Source: Octopus sinensis (taxonomy: Eukaryota). From it: a stretch of DNA of 64,000 nt. Both the position numbers and the translations under genes were made by a program. Shown here in pieces: positions 26,097-40,214 of the stretch. The stretch spans positions 86,118,001 through 86,182,000 of the forward strand of contig NC_043003.1 in assembly GCF_006345805.1 (NCBI RefSeq). Reading direction: 5' to 3'. The notes under the pieces were generated by a model. That model did not search any database, was not told the origin of the DNA, and saw only the letters and a program-made list of their open reading frames with translations. The stretch's first letter is position 1, and the number at the start of each line of letters is the position of its first letter.

Positions 26097-27117
26097 ATTG
26101 AATAAACAATCATTTCAATCAGTTCATATAAGTTAGGGACATATTGATTGACACGTGGAAAACCATTTTCACCGAAGTTTGGCATGGAAAATTTGTCGCT
26201 TGAGGCAAAAAGTATAACACGCCTAATTCATTTTGGAACGCTCCTTATCTATTAATATTTCGAGCTTTTACAATATTAGATACAATGCGTGAATAACTCA
26301 GAAATGATACTTATACACTACTAGCCGTTTTGTGTTTTGTTAGACTTGCGATGGAAATTGCTGACTCATATTATATCCTTGGAAGGAATAGTAACACAGC
26401 TCTTTATAATATATTTCAATGTTCACAAAATGGTATGTTCATCATTGGAACGTCCTTGATTATAAGCTTGCTAAATCATGTTTGTACAGTGATGGTGGAA
26501 GTTAAACAAAATCGATAACAGTGTAAATAACGAAGCAACACATAATTGATTTTAGACATCCTCTATAAGTGTGCGGCTTTTTTGCTGGTGTTTACATTTC
26601 GTAGTGTTAGTAAATTCAGTGTTTCTTAAAACCCGCTATAATAAGATTTACCTTACGTTTGAAACTGTCTTCAGATACGCACTGTAATGTGTTTATATTA
26701 TTAATTAACATTTCCCGAAATTTACACAAATCAGACTGACTAATTTCTTTCTGTTTGAATTTGTGCATACTATCAAGAGCTGTATGTTACTATCCCTTCT
26801 GATGACAGAATATGAGTCAGCGATCTCCCAATGAGAGTTTTACAAATTCCCAAACTAACGGATCGATTTATTGTTCTGCAAAAATTAACATGCAAGATAT
26901 AATGTAGTGAAATATATATTATAACGGATTGATTTCTCATCCAACTTAACGTGTCTTATTTTCTAAGGCAGCCGAAAGTGTAAATGCACAAACAATTATG
27001 TCCCCATATCATAGTAGTTCGGAAAACGAGACTGATAGAATAAGTACTAGGCTTTAAAAAGAAATAAATCCCAGGCCGCAGTCATATGATTGAAACAGGT
27101 AAAATAAAAAAAAAAGA

Positions 27118-27148
<31 letters not shown>

Positions 27149-27783
27149 TAGATACAATTTGGATTCAGACCTTGTAGTTTTCTTTATTGGTTACGAGGTG
27201 TAGTTTTACAACAAAAACCGATAGTATTACTGAAGATACATAGGATAAGACCATGAATATCCGAAGCGTATATATATATAAAGTGTAAACAAGAGAGATT
27301 GGATTGAGCAAATACGCTTTTTTGCTTATACAAATTTTCTTCACTCCCAGCAGATAGTTGACGAAATATTACAAAATATATTAAAAACATTAAATATATT
27401 ACATTGTATTGATATTATTTCAGCAACACTGAGAAGCGAAGTCCACTTAGGCGTAAACGCAAAAACCATATCCCATAGAATATGTACTTCACGTTGATTC
27501 TATTAGAATTACTTCATTAGCATAACACAATAAAAAAAACGATCATTATATCGTTAACAGTTCAGCTGGTCAAGAGAATGGGAAATGAAGAAACAGTCTT
27601 CAATCGTCAGTGTTGCTGAAATAATCCTGATGTAATGTAATATATCTAATGTGTTCAATATATTATATAATAATATTTTGGTAAACATCTGTAAAGTGGA
27701 AACGAAACAGTTGTAATATTATGCAAAAAAGCGCATTCGCTCAATCTAGTCTCTCTTGTTTACACACGCACACATACTCACAC

Positions 27784-27845
<62 letters not shown>

Positions 27846-28149
27846 ATATGTAGGTATGTATATATAAGCAAATATTCGATTGTATATCTGCACATTCTAC
27901 TCATTATTTGCAATAAGACGTTGTTCTATAAATGTAAACACTTCATTATTTTTCTCGTCTTTTTTTTACCACTAGTATATTTTCCCGTATTTTTCTCTAA
28001 ATCAAATACTTCTTCAATTCAATTTATTTCATTTTCCAGTACCTCCTACTCACTATGTCATATACGAATTTCTGTCTCTTCGTATGTCTTTCATTTTCTC
28101 CATCGTTCACTCATTTTATATACTACTAACCTTATCACATTTCCTCTTT

Positions 28150-28193
<44 letters not shown>

Positions 28194-29154
28194 CTCTCTC
28201 GCTCTCTGTCCTCATTGTAGAAATTTATGTATGTTTCAATTTTGTATCTTTCCTCACACTTGCTCCATCTCTTCCTCTCACACTTATTTCTCACCTATTT
28301 TCATGTTTACTTATGTCTTACAAGCCACGGAACTCCCACAGTCAATATTTCACTTATGTATTTGTTTAATCTCCTATTTTATAATACTTCTCTCTTACTC
28401 TCTCTCTCTCTTCTCTCTCTCACTTACTCTCTCTCTCTCTCTTCTCTCTCTCACTTACTCTCTCTCTCTCTCTCTCTCTCTCTCTACCTTTTATCTTTGT
28501 CATGACAGCCTCTGGTCTCTTCATCCAGTGTGACAGAAAGAGGGAAATCAAGAAAGGAAAATAATTGATACCAAATTTCATGTATTTTATGAATTGAAAA
28601 AAAATGATGGCATTAATGATGCTTATGCTGTCGATGAAGATGATTAGAGTAATAATTATAATAATGAAGGTAGGTTTTGAGGATGAGGATGATGAAACAA
28701 TGTGTTCAATTACTATCATGTAGATAATTCTGTTGCTGCTGTAAATGTTCAAGTCTCTCAAAGGAAAATTGTTTTAAAATTTAGGTATACAATCCTTGAT
28801 TAGAAAAATTGTTGTTTCACTAATATTTATAGTATATACACCAACCGAGCTGAATCTCTATCGTTGCCTTGTTTTCACAGTTGTTCTTACCACAAGGAAG
28901 AAAAGGAAACTTTCGTAAAATATTGACAAATAAATGTGGTATCGTTATAAAAAAAAACCTAGTTAGAAAAAAGTTATACATTACTTAATGTATTCCCAAT
29001 ATAAGCTCTAGTAAAGAGACAAAATACTGGTATATTTTGTTAAAAAAGAAACATCTTTAGAAAAACGTAAACTATGTATTATATGATTTATATCCTAGGT
29101 CAACTCAAGTAAAGAATTATAACGTTGGTATCTGATATATTATAAAATTTACTG

Positions 29155-30400
29155 TGTGTGTGTGTGTGTTTCCTTTATGCACGGCCAAACCACTGGATCA
29201 ATCTGTACCAAATTTGGCGCGAAGGTTTTTCATTAGTTGGGGAAGGTTCGGGGGGTCTCTAACTTTGGCCCTTGCCTATATAGGGGGCTATAGCTCCCAC
29301 TATACGGTCCTTTCGATTTTTTTCAGCGGTATATTACCAAATTTGGCATGAAGATTTTATATTACTCGGGGAAGGGCCTTATAGGACCCTTGCGACTTTT
29401 TCCAGCGGAATAATATTGTTTAACTTTTGATAACGCTATAGTATTGTTTCACTAATATTCTTTCATTAATTGCTCTACTTTTATTCTTTCACTTTTGATA
29501 AGACTCTAATATTGTTTATACTATATACATACAACTGCTTAAAGAAATAGAGATTAATGTATATTTTTTTCTATGTTCATACATAATTTTTTGTTTACAA
29601 TATTGAAAGATACCACCAAAGAAAAGTTGTAATCTCTCCAGAAACAATGATAAAGCAAGGAGGGTTGTAAAAAACCAAAGGCGAGCGTCTCAAAAGAGAA
29701 AGGAGATGGGAATTTCTCAAGATCAGCAAACGCATGCTGCAGCACGTCAAATGGAGTCTCAAGGGAGAAGGGAGATTAGACTTTCACAAGATCAGTAAAT
29801 GCATGCTGCAGAACGTCAAATTCAATCTCAAGAAAGAAGCGAAATGAGACTTTCTCAAGCTCAGCAAAGGGATACTGCCGCACGTTAGATGGAGTCTCAA
29901 TGCAGAAGGGAGATGAGACTTTCCCAAAATCAGCAAACGCATGCTGCAGCATGTCAGATGGAGTCTCAAGAAGTGAGATGATACTTTCCCAAAATCTCCA
30001 AATGAAACTAATGGCATGCACTGCTCAGGTGGTAAGGTAAGATTGCTAACACTACCAGCTCCTTCTTAACTTCTTATAGATCTTCTGGAAGGCATTTCCT
30101 TCCAGTGAAAGGATTTTCTGAACCACATCAGACAATACTAATCTGCATTTCAAATAACATGGTTTGGTGCATCTGAGGAGATAGTTGAACATGGATTTAC
30201 GCCAACGTTCAAAGTTCAATTTCGCACTTCGGCCAAAGAATTTAGCATTTATATCATTCAAATTAAAATGCCAGTCGAGAGCACTGAAATTAGTCGGAAT
30301 GCGAGAAAGCGTATTTTCGAGCTTTCGAATATGTTTCGGAACAATCTATTTAATACTTCGAGCAATCAAATTAGCACGACAGCTGCTTTGGTTTTATCTC
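29155..30400 (+). mobile_element. Internally deleted, decayed Helitron (N-terminal 23-aa repeats, Rep-proximal region, Pif1 helicase tail)
   Basis: 69-bp units encode RLSQ.QQ.HAA.RQMESQ (29690-30000). Then GMHCSGGKVRL...FLNHIRQY*SAFQITWFGA...GFTPTFKVQ, followed directly by a degenerate helicase C-terminal-like segment (LAF...KCQSRALKLVG). Confidence 0.75.
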
Positions 30401-30789
30401 ATGATCATTGTTATCACAATCATGTGCTTTCATCCATTGTTTATGCTTTAAGCACGCTATCATGTCTATGTCTTTTCTATGTATTCTTTTATTTTTGCAT
30501 AGGTACAGGTATTTATTGTTAAAGATTGCATGAAACTGCATTCCAGCCTTTTCAATCTTTTTAAAGAAAATCGCAATTACAACAAATGCTCATTTTCTTC
30601 GATTTTGAATACATTATGTTGTGATATGTATTCTTCCTTTGCATAATATGACATGTTGGGAAAGTATATATTTCTTTGATTTTGCATTTTTCTTTCATTA
30701 GGGAAAGGGGGCTGTCTACACTAAGATAATTGTTGATTTATAGTCTTGATAAGGAGAGTTCGTTTGAGAGGTTTAGCCATCTATTTTCT

Positions 30790-31470
30790 AGTGACCGGGA
30801 CATCTCGGTAGGTAGATCTGGGTGTTTCTATACTAACGAACACAATTTTCTGGTGTGATAGCGTCGACGTTACGCCTTGCGACCTGTTGTATGACATGTG
30901 CTCGCCGTTCTTCCATGGTTATGCCGGCTTCTTCTGCAGCTGCCCGGTCGCTAACCTTTTGTTGCAAGTCAGCTCGAGGGGGATCCCACTTGACAGCCAC
31001 AGTAAAGGCTTAATGCGCTATTTCCGAACAATTAAGAAACGGCGAGTAGGGAGGCAGGAGTTTCAGACTGATCTGTGGGTCGGCGTCAGCTGGGAGCGCG
31101 GCGTGAATGTGTGGTCCCGCGTTGTCGTAGACTCCCTCTTTCATGAAACAATGTGCGTACTCATAACGCTTTTCCAGAGTTCTTGGAGTATTTCTTGCAT
31201 GTGGGTCGTCTTCGGGAAACTTCATAGTTATCAACATCCCATCTAGAGCCCATGAGATTGCAGATGCGGAATCAGGCAGCTTTCCGGGAAATGCTGCCTT
31301 TAAGTCCCTCTTTATCTGTTGAAGGGTTGCGAGTGAGTTGGCATCAATAATCACCTGAAGTACTCCTTTTAATGTCAAGTGTGTCGGCCAGTTGCAGGTA
31401 ATCGGTTTGATGCCCCTCGAAGGCGTCAACCAGCTTTGCTCTATCTTCGTCCGATACACGCATGTACCTT
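30790..31470 (-). mobile_element. Tc1/IS630-like transposase remnant with internal deletion
   Basis: IIDANSLATLQQIK...RNTPRTLEKRYEYA, YDNAGPH, LLPPYSPFLN.SE, AITPENCVR...YLPRC. Confidence 0.75.
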
Positions 31471-31560
31471 ACGCGTGGCTCCATGACTACAAGTTAGCGT
31501 AAGAGAAAGGGATATGAAATGCAACTGATACCGACCGGTTACGAATGTTTCAAGACTTTG

Positions 31561-33250
31561 ATTTTTTTATTGCTCACAAAGGGCCAACACAGAGGGGACC
31601 AACACAGTCTAGTTTTTGGGGTCAGGCGGGACAAATGCCAAAGCACAGAGATGCTTTTAATAATTTATAAAATTATAAAATCGAATGATGGACGAACAAA
31701 AACACAAGACAAATGAGGAGGTGAAAGGGGTTTTTGCTCCGACCCGACGAGCCCCGTTCCACCACCGATACTCGTAATACGGCCCATGTCATATTCACGC
31801 GGTTTCTTTCACACTCAACACTCGTTACACACGCATCCATCTGTCCTTGAACATTTTCTCCGACAGGCATCTTTCTAGCCCCGCTTTCCTTTACAGGTGA
31901 AAAACGAAATATCTCACCAACTCGGGATCAGAGATGAAATTACCTGTCACTAATCCTTTCATTCGCGACTTCCATATCACCTCTCTCGGGATTGCTACTA
32001 CCGCGAGAAAACAATTCTTACCTTCTTTCTTTAGAAAAACAGGTGGGTCAATTTTTATAATTGACTCTAACGACAGCTGTACTCTCCTTGTATCGAACAA
32101 AAGGTGTCCTGCATAAGCCCACACTTTTGACACCTCCGGACACTGGACAATAGGGTGCAGGACGGTTTCCGTCTCCTGCTCGCATCTTGGACAAGCCGAT
32201 GGGCCGGGATGATCGTGTCTAGTATGCTTGTCACGAACGGGTAAGGTAACATTGCCAAGCCAGAGGCTTTTGGCAGTTATCCAGTGTTTTCGGCTCGAAT
32301 GTCCATTGGGAAAGACTGTCCAGTTGATTATCATCGATAGCTTCTGGGTCACAAAAAAAAAAAAACTGTTTCTCTGAAACCTGGTTTCTTTTAAACAGGA
32401 CAAACACCACGCCTCCGCCTGCTGGATGGCCTAGAGAAATAAATTTCTCGTAACCGTCCAGGAGCAGGCTTCAGTAGCAACAACTACATCCAAATTGCGT
32501 GTCCTAAAATTTAGGAAGTGACCTTGCTTCTAACTCGGCGTTAGACCATGTACATTTATGCAACCAGCATGAACAGCCATTAAGACTTACTTTAATTGGC
32601 GGTGGGAGGCGGAAGGGAATTCGCTTCTTTTTCTTTCTCACTGTCTCGTGGGTTTGGAGGAAGTAGTCCCTCGTAAATTTGGAGTAAAATAACCATCTGA
32701 AGAGGGCCTACATCATCCCTGTAATCATTAGGTAATATATCGTAATTTTTCTGATTTATGCAGTACACTGCAATATCCTTTTCTAGATTTTCCTCGATCC
32801 GCTTGGCAGTCGAACTGACTACCAACCGGCTTATCAGTCTATCGTTCGAACTCCGCACCGCCATATAATAATCGTCTTGTTTTTCTACTGAAGGCATTTT
32901 AGATTTTTTTAGATTTCTCTCCTCAGTTTTCAATGGGGAGTTGGTTTAATTTTTCTTTTTTCATCATTGAGCAATCTTCCCCTTAGTGCTCTCTGGTGTT
33001 GTTTTATTGCTCTCTCTGTAGCTCTACTGCCCTCTGGTGTTGCCGGTTCCTTTTCTGACTCTGTCGCTGCCTCCTCCTTCTTAGAAAATTCTGGGGTATT
33101 CAAAGATTCCATGATAATCCAAGACGGCCAAACAACGTAAGAATAAAATTTTCAAAATGTGTTGGCTTCAACGCCACACAGCAAAAATATTTTAACAGCA
33201 GTAATACAAATTCCCTCTCGCACGGAGGAATCAAAAACAAATTGCTTTCA
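31561..33250 (-). mobile_element. L1/Tx1-like LINE with ORF1, EN start and zf-RVT end but no RT (internal deletion)
   Basis: ORF1 at 32592-33112 (break at 32930). ORF2 starts MAVHAGCINVHGL at 32580 and continues LDVVVATE, GGGVVFVL, CDPE. It jumps near 32340 to LDNCQ...LPVRDK...CPRCEQETETVLH..VQCP. 3' AATAAAAAAA at 31562-31571. Confidence 0.8.
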
Positions 33251-34251
33251 AAAAAGCAATAACAGTCTCTTCAACAATCATAAATAACAAACAATTCAAC
33301 AATCATCAAAACGCACTCCTCCAAATATACTGCCAAGTAAGTAAGACCAAAGAACATAATGTTGCAGTAGAAAAAAAAATGGACAGAAGAATCACGTAAT
33401 TTATTTCTGCCTTGCAGCTATAACAACATAATAAAATTTGCATGACAAAACATGACATTTAAATTTGTCATTTTTAACTTACACTTCTTAGAATGTGATT
33501 AAAAATGCACATGTAGAATTAGTGCTAAATAAACTTATTCAGAACGCGAATGCTCACGTCCAAATTTGACGCTTCCTCGCATTCCGACGGGTATTTTAAT
33601 TTGAACGATGTAAATACTAAATTCTTTGACCGAATAGCGAAATTGAATGATCGAAAAACGAATTTGAATGGCTAACTTCATGGCGCTAATTTCTTTCGTT
33701 ACTTTGAATGGCCCCATTATCAAACTGAATGACAAACGTACGAAATTTACTGCAAAATCCTATATTAAAATCAAACAAAGATATAATACATTTTGCAATA
33801 AAACTGTATACAATATATATTTGGTTGCTATTTCGAGGTAATAAATTATTAATTGCTTTCATCCTATAATAACCAGCGAAGCATAGAAAGACTTTATACA
33901 ATATAAATGTAAAATTAGCTGTATACACATTTTCATAAAGTGTGCAGCGAAGACCAGTTCTATTATCAACCTTGGCGTACATCATATGACGTTAGAGTAA
34001 TTTTCTTATAATAATTATATTGTATGCTGCTAAATATCAACAAATTTTACAGCGAATTTATCATGTAGCTACCGACAATAATCGATTGCGTATTCTCTGC
34101 ATCAGAAACAGCGAGATAGCGTCTATGACCAGGTTGTAGAAATACGATAAGTGGGAGTAAGATAATATTTTCCGTAAATTTACAAATAGAGGCGCAGGTA
34201 AAATTAGGTATAGAGTTGCTTGGATCAAGCATTCGCTTGAGGTCCTCAGAA

Positions 34252-34286
<35 letters not shown>

Positions 34287-34609
34287 ATATATTATATATA
34301 TATAAACACAGGACTTTCATTTAACTAGAACTCCTCCGCAGATCCCTTAGTTGACTTATGAACGGCTTAGATTTAACGCTATTAGAAAAGAAAAACCAAA
34401 ATGAATATTATGATATAGGTGTGTTCGTAATGGCTACCAGTATACTACAAATACATATATTCAAACACACACACACACACATAGACACACACATATATAA
34501 ACACAAATATCCTCTTTTACGTCTGAGGCATTGAATTTTGACTATAATGACGTACTCTTAGCAGAATACGTCGTAGGATCGAACGAATCGATTCTAAAAT
34601 GTATTTCTA

Positions 34610-34720
34610 AGTCTGGTATTTATTTCATTGATCGCTTTTGCCAAACCGCTACATTACGGAGACTTAAACAAACCAACGCCCGTTGTCAGGTGGCTAGGGA
34701 AGAAAATGCAAAACAAAGAT
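34610..34720 (-). mobile_element. SINE internal fragment (family of 2113-2590)
   Basis: Reverse complement resembles 2400-2460. Confidence 0.55.
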
Positions 34721-35707
34721 TCACAATACCTACCTAACTGCCTACCTATCTGCCTACCTACTAAGCGACCTACTTATCTATCTACATACATAGATACATA
34801 CAAATATATACTGCTTTTTAAAATTTCTATAAGGTTCAACTTGATACTAATTTTCTTCCACTCTCGATGTTTTCTTACCGTTCCTTTGTTTTTGGGCCCT
34901 TACCTGCTCGCTTTCACACTAATTAATTTCCTCGCTCAAAATTCGCCTCCTCACCTCCACCAAGATGTGAACTTATACCAAAATTTTCACTTCTATTCTG
35001 TTTTTTTCAATTGATAATTTTGTTAAGTAAAGTCCTTTGCAATTTTATCCTCTCCTACTTCCATACAAGACCTTAGTCTCTTTTTCCCTTTCGCTCTACT
35101 ACACGGTGAGTGTTGCTTTCCCCGTATCTCATCGAAAGATTACCACATGTTATTCTGTATACAGATTTATTCATGCATATTATGTGCTTATTTATATTTT
35201 CACCTCAATTATTAATTGGTTAACAGTTTCGGTCCGTAGATTTCTGTTCCATGTTTAGTCCTTGTTTTACAATCACCTCACTGGCGAAACTAGTTGTACA
35301 ACGGAATGTAAAGTCTTTAGACTTTAAACATGCTAAAACTATAATGAATCTGGTCTCCAGGGCCGATGAGAGGATCTCCTCTTTATTTATCCTTTGTCAC
35401 TAATTGCTTACAGATTCACTTTCGATTTTTCTTCACACACACACACACACACACATGTACAAACACATGCATGACAGAATTCAACAGTTTATATTTGCTA
35501 ACTTAATTCACATTTATATATAGGACGAAGGTATCGCGGAAGGAACTGACACGAGATCACATGGTAAATTCATTGCCGCTAAAGCTCAATGTGTGTGTGT
35601 TTGTGTTTGTTTTCAACAGAGATACGAACCAGTACTAAAGCCAACTTGAATATTTCCCAGTAGCTTCATCACAACTGAGCATACAAAGTAGGTCAAACGT
35701 GTAATTA

Positions 35708-35751
<44 letters not shown>

Positions 35752-35933
35752 ATGGAGTGACACACACCTGTGATTAGTGCAGAAATGCGGAATAAACAAT
35801 GAATTAATCAATGCAATGATCATTAATATATAATGTCACCAATTACTAGTTGAATAAATTGGAATGGCAGCCATGTTTGAAGTCCTGGAGGAAAGTACAA
35901 ACTATCTAGAAGAGATGAGTTTTAAATTTGATT

Positions 35934-35935
35934 TG

Positions 35936-36021
<86 letters not shown>

Positions 36022-36194
36022 CTTATCTATCTACTTATCTATCTACTTATCTATCTATCTATCTATCTATCTACTTATCTATCTATCTATCTATCTATCT
36101 ACTTATCTATCTATCTATCTATCTACTTATCTATCTATCTATCTATCTATCTACTTATCTATCTATCTATCTACTCATCTATCTATCTATCTAC

Positions 36195-36241
<47 letters not shown>

Positions 36242-36291
36242 CTTATCTATCTATCTACTTATCTATCTATCTACTTATCTATCTATCTATT
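35934..36291. repeat. Long (TATC)n array with periodic TACT variant units
   Basis: Direct reading. Confidence 0.95.
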
Positions 36292-37549
36292 TATGAAAAG
36301 ACGTATACGGAAACTCACATGTATTCATATACATTTTATATACGTCTAGTGAACCAAATTATTGCAGTAAACAGTAAAGGTGTATGTATATAAGTATATA
36401 CACAAGTAACTAAGTACGTACGTATGTTTATACCAATATAGTAGTAAACGTTCAGTTCTAATCATGAACCGCCAACTTTGGCTTTTACGTGCAAGTGTAC
36501 TTGAAGAAAAAAGTTAATAATCTTTAAAACGAGTAATTTATACATACGTCTGGCACAAGACAATACAATTGACAAAAGAATAGTCCACTTGATAAATGTC
36601 AAATAAATGAACATATTCACCTTCTGTGTAGAGTCATACAACACTCCACCTAACATGTTCACATCCAGCAAAATCACAACAATACGTATATGTATACGTA
36701 AATGTATATGTAATTATGCATATATGTGTGCGTATGTGTGTGAGAGTTCCTATATAAATACATGCATCCATGGGCATACATATGTACACGCATGAATATA
36801 TAGTTATGTATGAATATATATATACACATACGTATGTATAGCTTATTATTAGGTGATAAATTCTGCCCTAGATTTATGATGTAGTTACTGATTCTTGTCA
36901 ATATTTATGAGAGTTGGATGAATTGTTTGATATGACAGCGTCATTTACAATCCTATTAAGGTTACGTTGAAAAATTCATTTATGCACACGCATACACCGG
37001 TGTGAGTCAGTATGTGCTTGTGAGTCTATATATATATATTTAAATATATATGAGTGTATCATTGTCTATAACAATATCAGTGGCTTAGCATTCGTAAAAA
37101 CTCATAACGCTTAAAAATATATAATATATGTTTCTCATAAGGTGAGAGAACAAATTTACTATAAATTAGTTAAATTATGATTTAGGCAGTTTGATTTTAA
37201 GTTGGGAAGATACCCATATTGTTTTTTATAAGCTAAGTATGGATTTATAGGGGTACAAAAATTTAAGTTTGTCTAAAGGCAATTATAAAGTAGTAAATGA
37301 TTGGGTACGGTAGAAACACCATAGAAAAGGATATAAAATAGCTTAATCACTAAAATCATGATGAAGTATATATACAACTTAGTAACTTCAATAGAGAAGA
37401 TTTATAGAAAATATCTAATAATTCAAGTATTTAAAATAAAAAATTGCTTATTTGCCTAATTAGCTTGTGTCTATAATCACTGATACCCAGCATTAACTAA
37501 AGGAAAAATTAATGCTGTAGGGCATATTATTTTCTATAAATCTTCCCTA

Positions 37550-37865
37550 GGGAGCAAACCCCTATCATCATCCAGCAGGTAACAGGATGGTGATAGGGAG
37601 CGAACCCCTATCACCACCTAGTAGGTAACAGGATTGCTCTGGCAGACAGGTGCTCACGACTGAGGATGAGCAAAATAGCTCGAAACTGAACCAGCCTCGC
37701 TATCCTGTTACCTGCTAGAGGGTAGTAGGGGTTCGCTCTCCAAGCTAGCAATATACATTGTATATAAAGAGTGTAGCGTCGCACCGATAACCAGCTGGCG
37801 AAGATCTGACAGGGGTTAAACTAGTAGTAACCTTGAACAACCCCTTTGATGTGGGGACTGTCATT
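37550..37865 (+). mobile_element. Family B hammerhead repeat copy
   Basis: HHR motif at 37655-37700 inside ~40-bp inverted arms, followed by the family B motif gataaccagctggcg..gatctg. Confidence 0.75.
37655..37700 (+). ncRNA. Type I hammerhead motif (family B), probably inactive
   Basis: cacga-CTGAGGA-T-GAGC-aaaata-GCTC-GAAA-CTG-aac-CAG-CC-tcgc. U16.1 is changed to C. Confidence 0.65.
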
Positions 37866-37869
37866 CGCC

Positions 37870-38045
37870 ATGATAGATCGCTAGCCACTACACATTCTTT
37901 ATTTTCTCTCCTTGTTTCTTTCGGTGTTCCTTTCTGTGGAAGAGCGTATACTCGATACGTTAAATACTCTTTCACTTCCCGAGCGTTAAACTAATACATC
38001 TGCTTGTTATCTACACCACCTGTCTTCGTCTTTCGTTGTTCTTTT
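37870..38045 (+). mobile_element. PLE-terminal-like repeat with degenerate minimal HHR-like motif
   Basis: ctgtgga-a-gagc-gtat-actc-gata-cg-tt-aaatac. Related copy at 5330-5450. Confidence 0.4.
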
Positions 38046-38067
38046 TTTAAATTCTCTCTCTCACTAT

Positions 38068-38125
<58 letters not shown>

Positions 38126-38581
38126 TTATGTGTGAAGGCGTTCATGTGAGCATATGTGTGTGAATGCCTTGGCGTGTGTGAGTATATGTATGTGTATATG
38201 TAAGTGAGTGGATGTATGTGTGTATATGTACATGTATATGTGTATGTGTGTGTGTGGGTCTGTATGTGTGTGAATACATGCATTTGAACTTAAGTATATT
38301 TTTCTATTCGAAGCATAGTTGCTATTTGTCTATGGAGTAGGACCCAATAACCCTAAGGTCATGATTCACTTATACTATTGTATTCTTGTATATATGTGTT
38401 ATTTATATTTTCCTGCTTACTTTCCAAGAATAGAAAGTAGGTGGGTCTATCTATCTTCCATATTTAGGTGTATTTCTTTTTCAAATGACCATTATAAAGC
38501 ATTTCCTTTCTCATTGTTTCTGTTTCCATCTGATTCTCTTTCTCTCTCTCTTTGCACTATTTTCTCTTCTTTCTCCTGTCT

Positions 38582-38661
<80 letters not shown>

Positions 38662-38662
<1 letters not shown>

Positions 38663-39047
38663 CTCTCTCTATATAAACGGCAGTTTGTCTCTGTGTGTTT
38701 CTGTGTGTCTGTTTGGTTGTACCCTCACCCTGACCACTGCTTTCAACCGATTCTGATGAAACTTGACACACACATAGCCCAATGTCATAATTCAAAACTA
38801 ACGCAGCGAAAATTTTGAAAAGTTCCCCCAGTTCTGAAAAAATCGATAAATTCGACATGGGGTCGAGAATCAGAAACACAAACCACAGACTGTCTAGGGG
38901 ACGCAACTCGACCTTTTTTAACTCTCAAAAAAAAAATTTGGCATAATTTTTTTCCCATTTTTTTGCTACTTTTTGGCTATAACTCTCTAAAAATGCTTTA
39001 TAGTTATTTCCCTTACAAACCTGAGCAACGCCGGGCGATACTGCTAG
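38662..39047 (+). mobile_element. Non-autonomous Helitron
   Basis: 5' A|TC, 3' GC-rich hairpin (cctgagcaacgccggg) then CTAG|T at 39044-39048. No TIR or TSD. Confidence 0.8.
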
Positions 39048-39105
<58 letters not shown>

Positions 39106-40039
39106 GGTGTATTATTTCTCATTTTTCAAATACTTTTCATTTATATACCTTTACTATTTTATCCTTTTACCCTAGTCTATTATAGTTTCCCTTTCTTTTT
39201 CTTTCTTTCCTTCCTTCCTTCCTTTCATTCTCTCTTTTCAAACATTTTCTCTATATATCTTTCTTCTCCTTCCATCTTTCCCTTGTTTCCTTATATTTCT
39301 CCATGCCGTTTGCTTTTTGTCTATCTCAACACACTAATAAAAAAATCTTCTCATCTGTCAATTTTTAGATATTAGATCTCTGTAACGCAATGCAATAATG
39401 TAGTGCCCTGATGATCCGTTGTGGTTAAGCATCCAATTGTAATTAGAACTTCCATTTCTGTCCTTCCAAACAACCACAACGGTGAAACGTAAGTAGGAAA
39501 CAAATAATGTATACTCATGTGTATCACAATTTCTCCTACATTTGCTATGTATATTCTAATCAGTGACACTACTAAGAATAGTGGTAACTACATCACTATT
39601 CTGGAAGCAGACTGGATGGTGAATATATGGAGCTTTAATCACAACAGTGGCAGTAATTTCCCTCTCAGATCCAGTGTAACCTGATTTCTCTGTTGATAAA
39701 CAGTTTACTATTATAGTCAGTTCCATGAAATTCAGAAACGCTTAATCGTAGCAGTTCTAATTTGGATGGAAACTAGTCGATTGACAATTTATCACATCAC
39801 ATAACATACTTAATTTTAAACCTGATATGTAATAACCTCTTGCTCTCTCTCTCTCTCTCTCTCTTTCTCTCTGCTTTCTTCTCTCCCCTTCTTTTTCTCT
39901 CTCTCTCTCTCTGCCTTCTTCTCTCCCCCCCTCTCTCTCTTGCCATTGGGACACAAACTCACATACATACATACACACATACATACGTGTGTGTATGTAT
40001 GTGTATTTATGCGCGCGCTGCTCGCTTACTTTTGCTAAT

Positions 40040-40084
<45 letters not shown>

Positions 40085-40214
40085 ACTATGTATATAGGAT
40101 GCGGTGAATAAACTGAATTACGCGTGAATGATAATAACACTGACATCATATTTTAACAGATATATTTACTTAAATTAAATAAAAAATCTTGAAATACTAA
40201 TAGTAAATTTATTC

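Noticed and set aside
29690-30000. CRISPR-like array
   Set aside because: Contiguous coding tandem repeats without unique spacers, in eukaryotic DNA with no cas genes.
35363-35381. CCGATGA-GAGG-atct-CCTC hammerhead-like half
   Set aside because: U4 is changed and there is no GAAA or stem I/III.
39372-39750. Possible extra host exon (weak cadherin-like impression)
   Set aside because: Stops in all long frames, no convincing motif and no matched splice pair.
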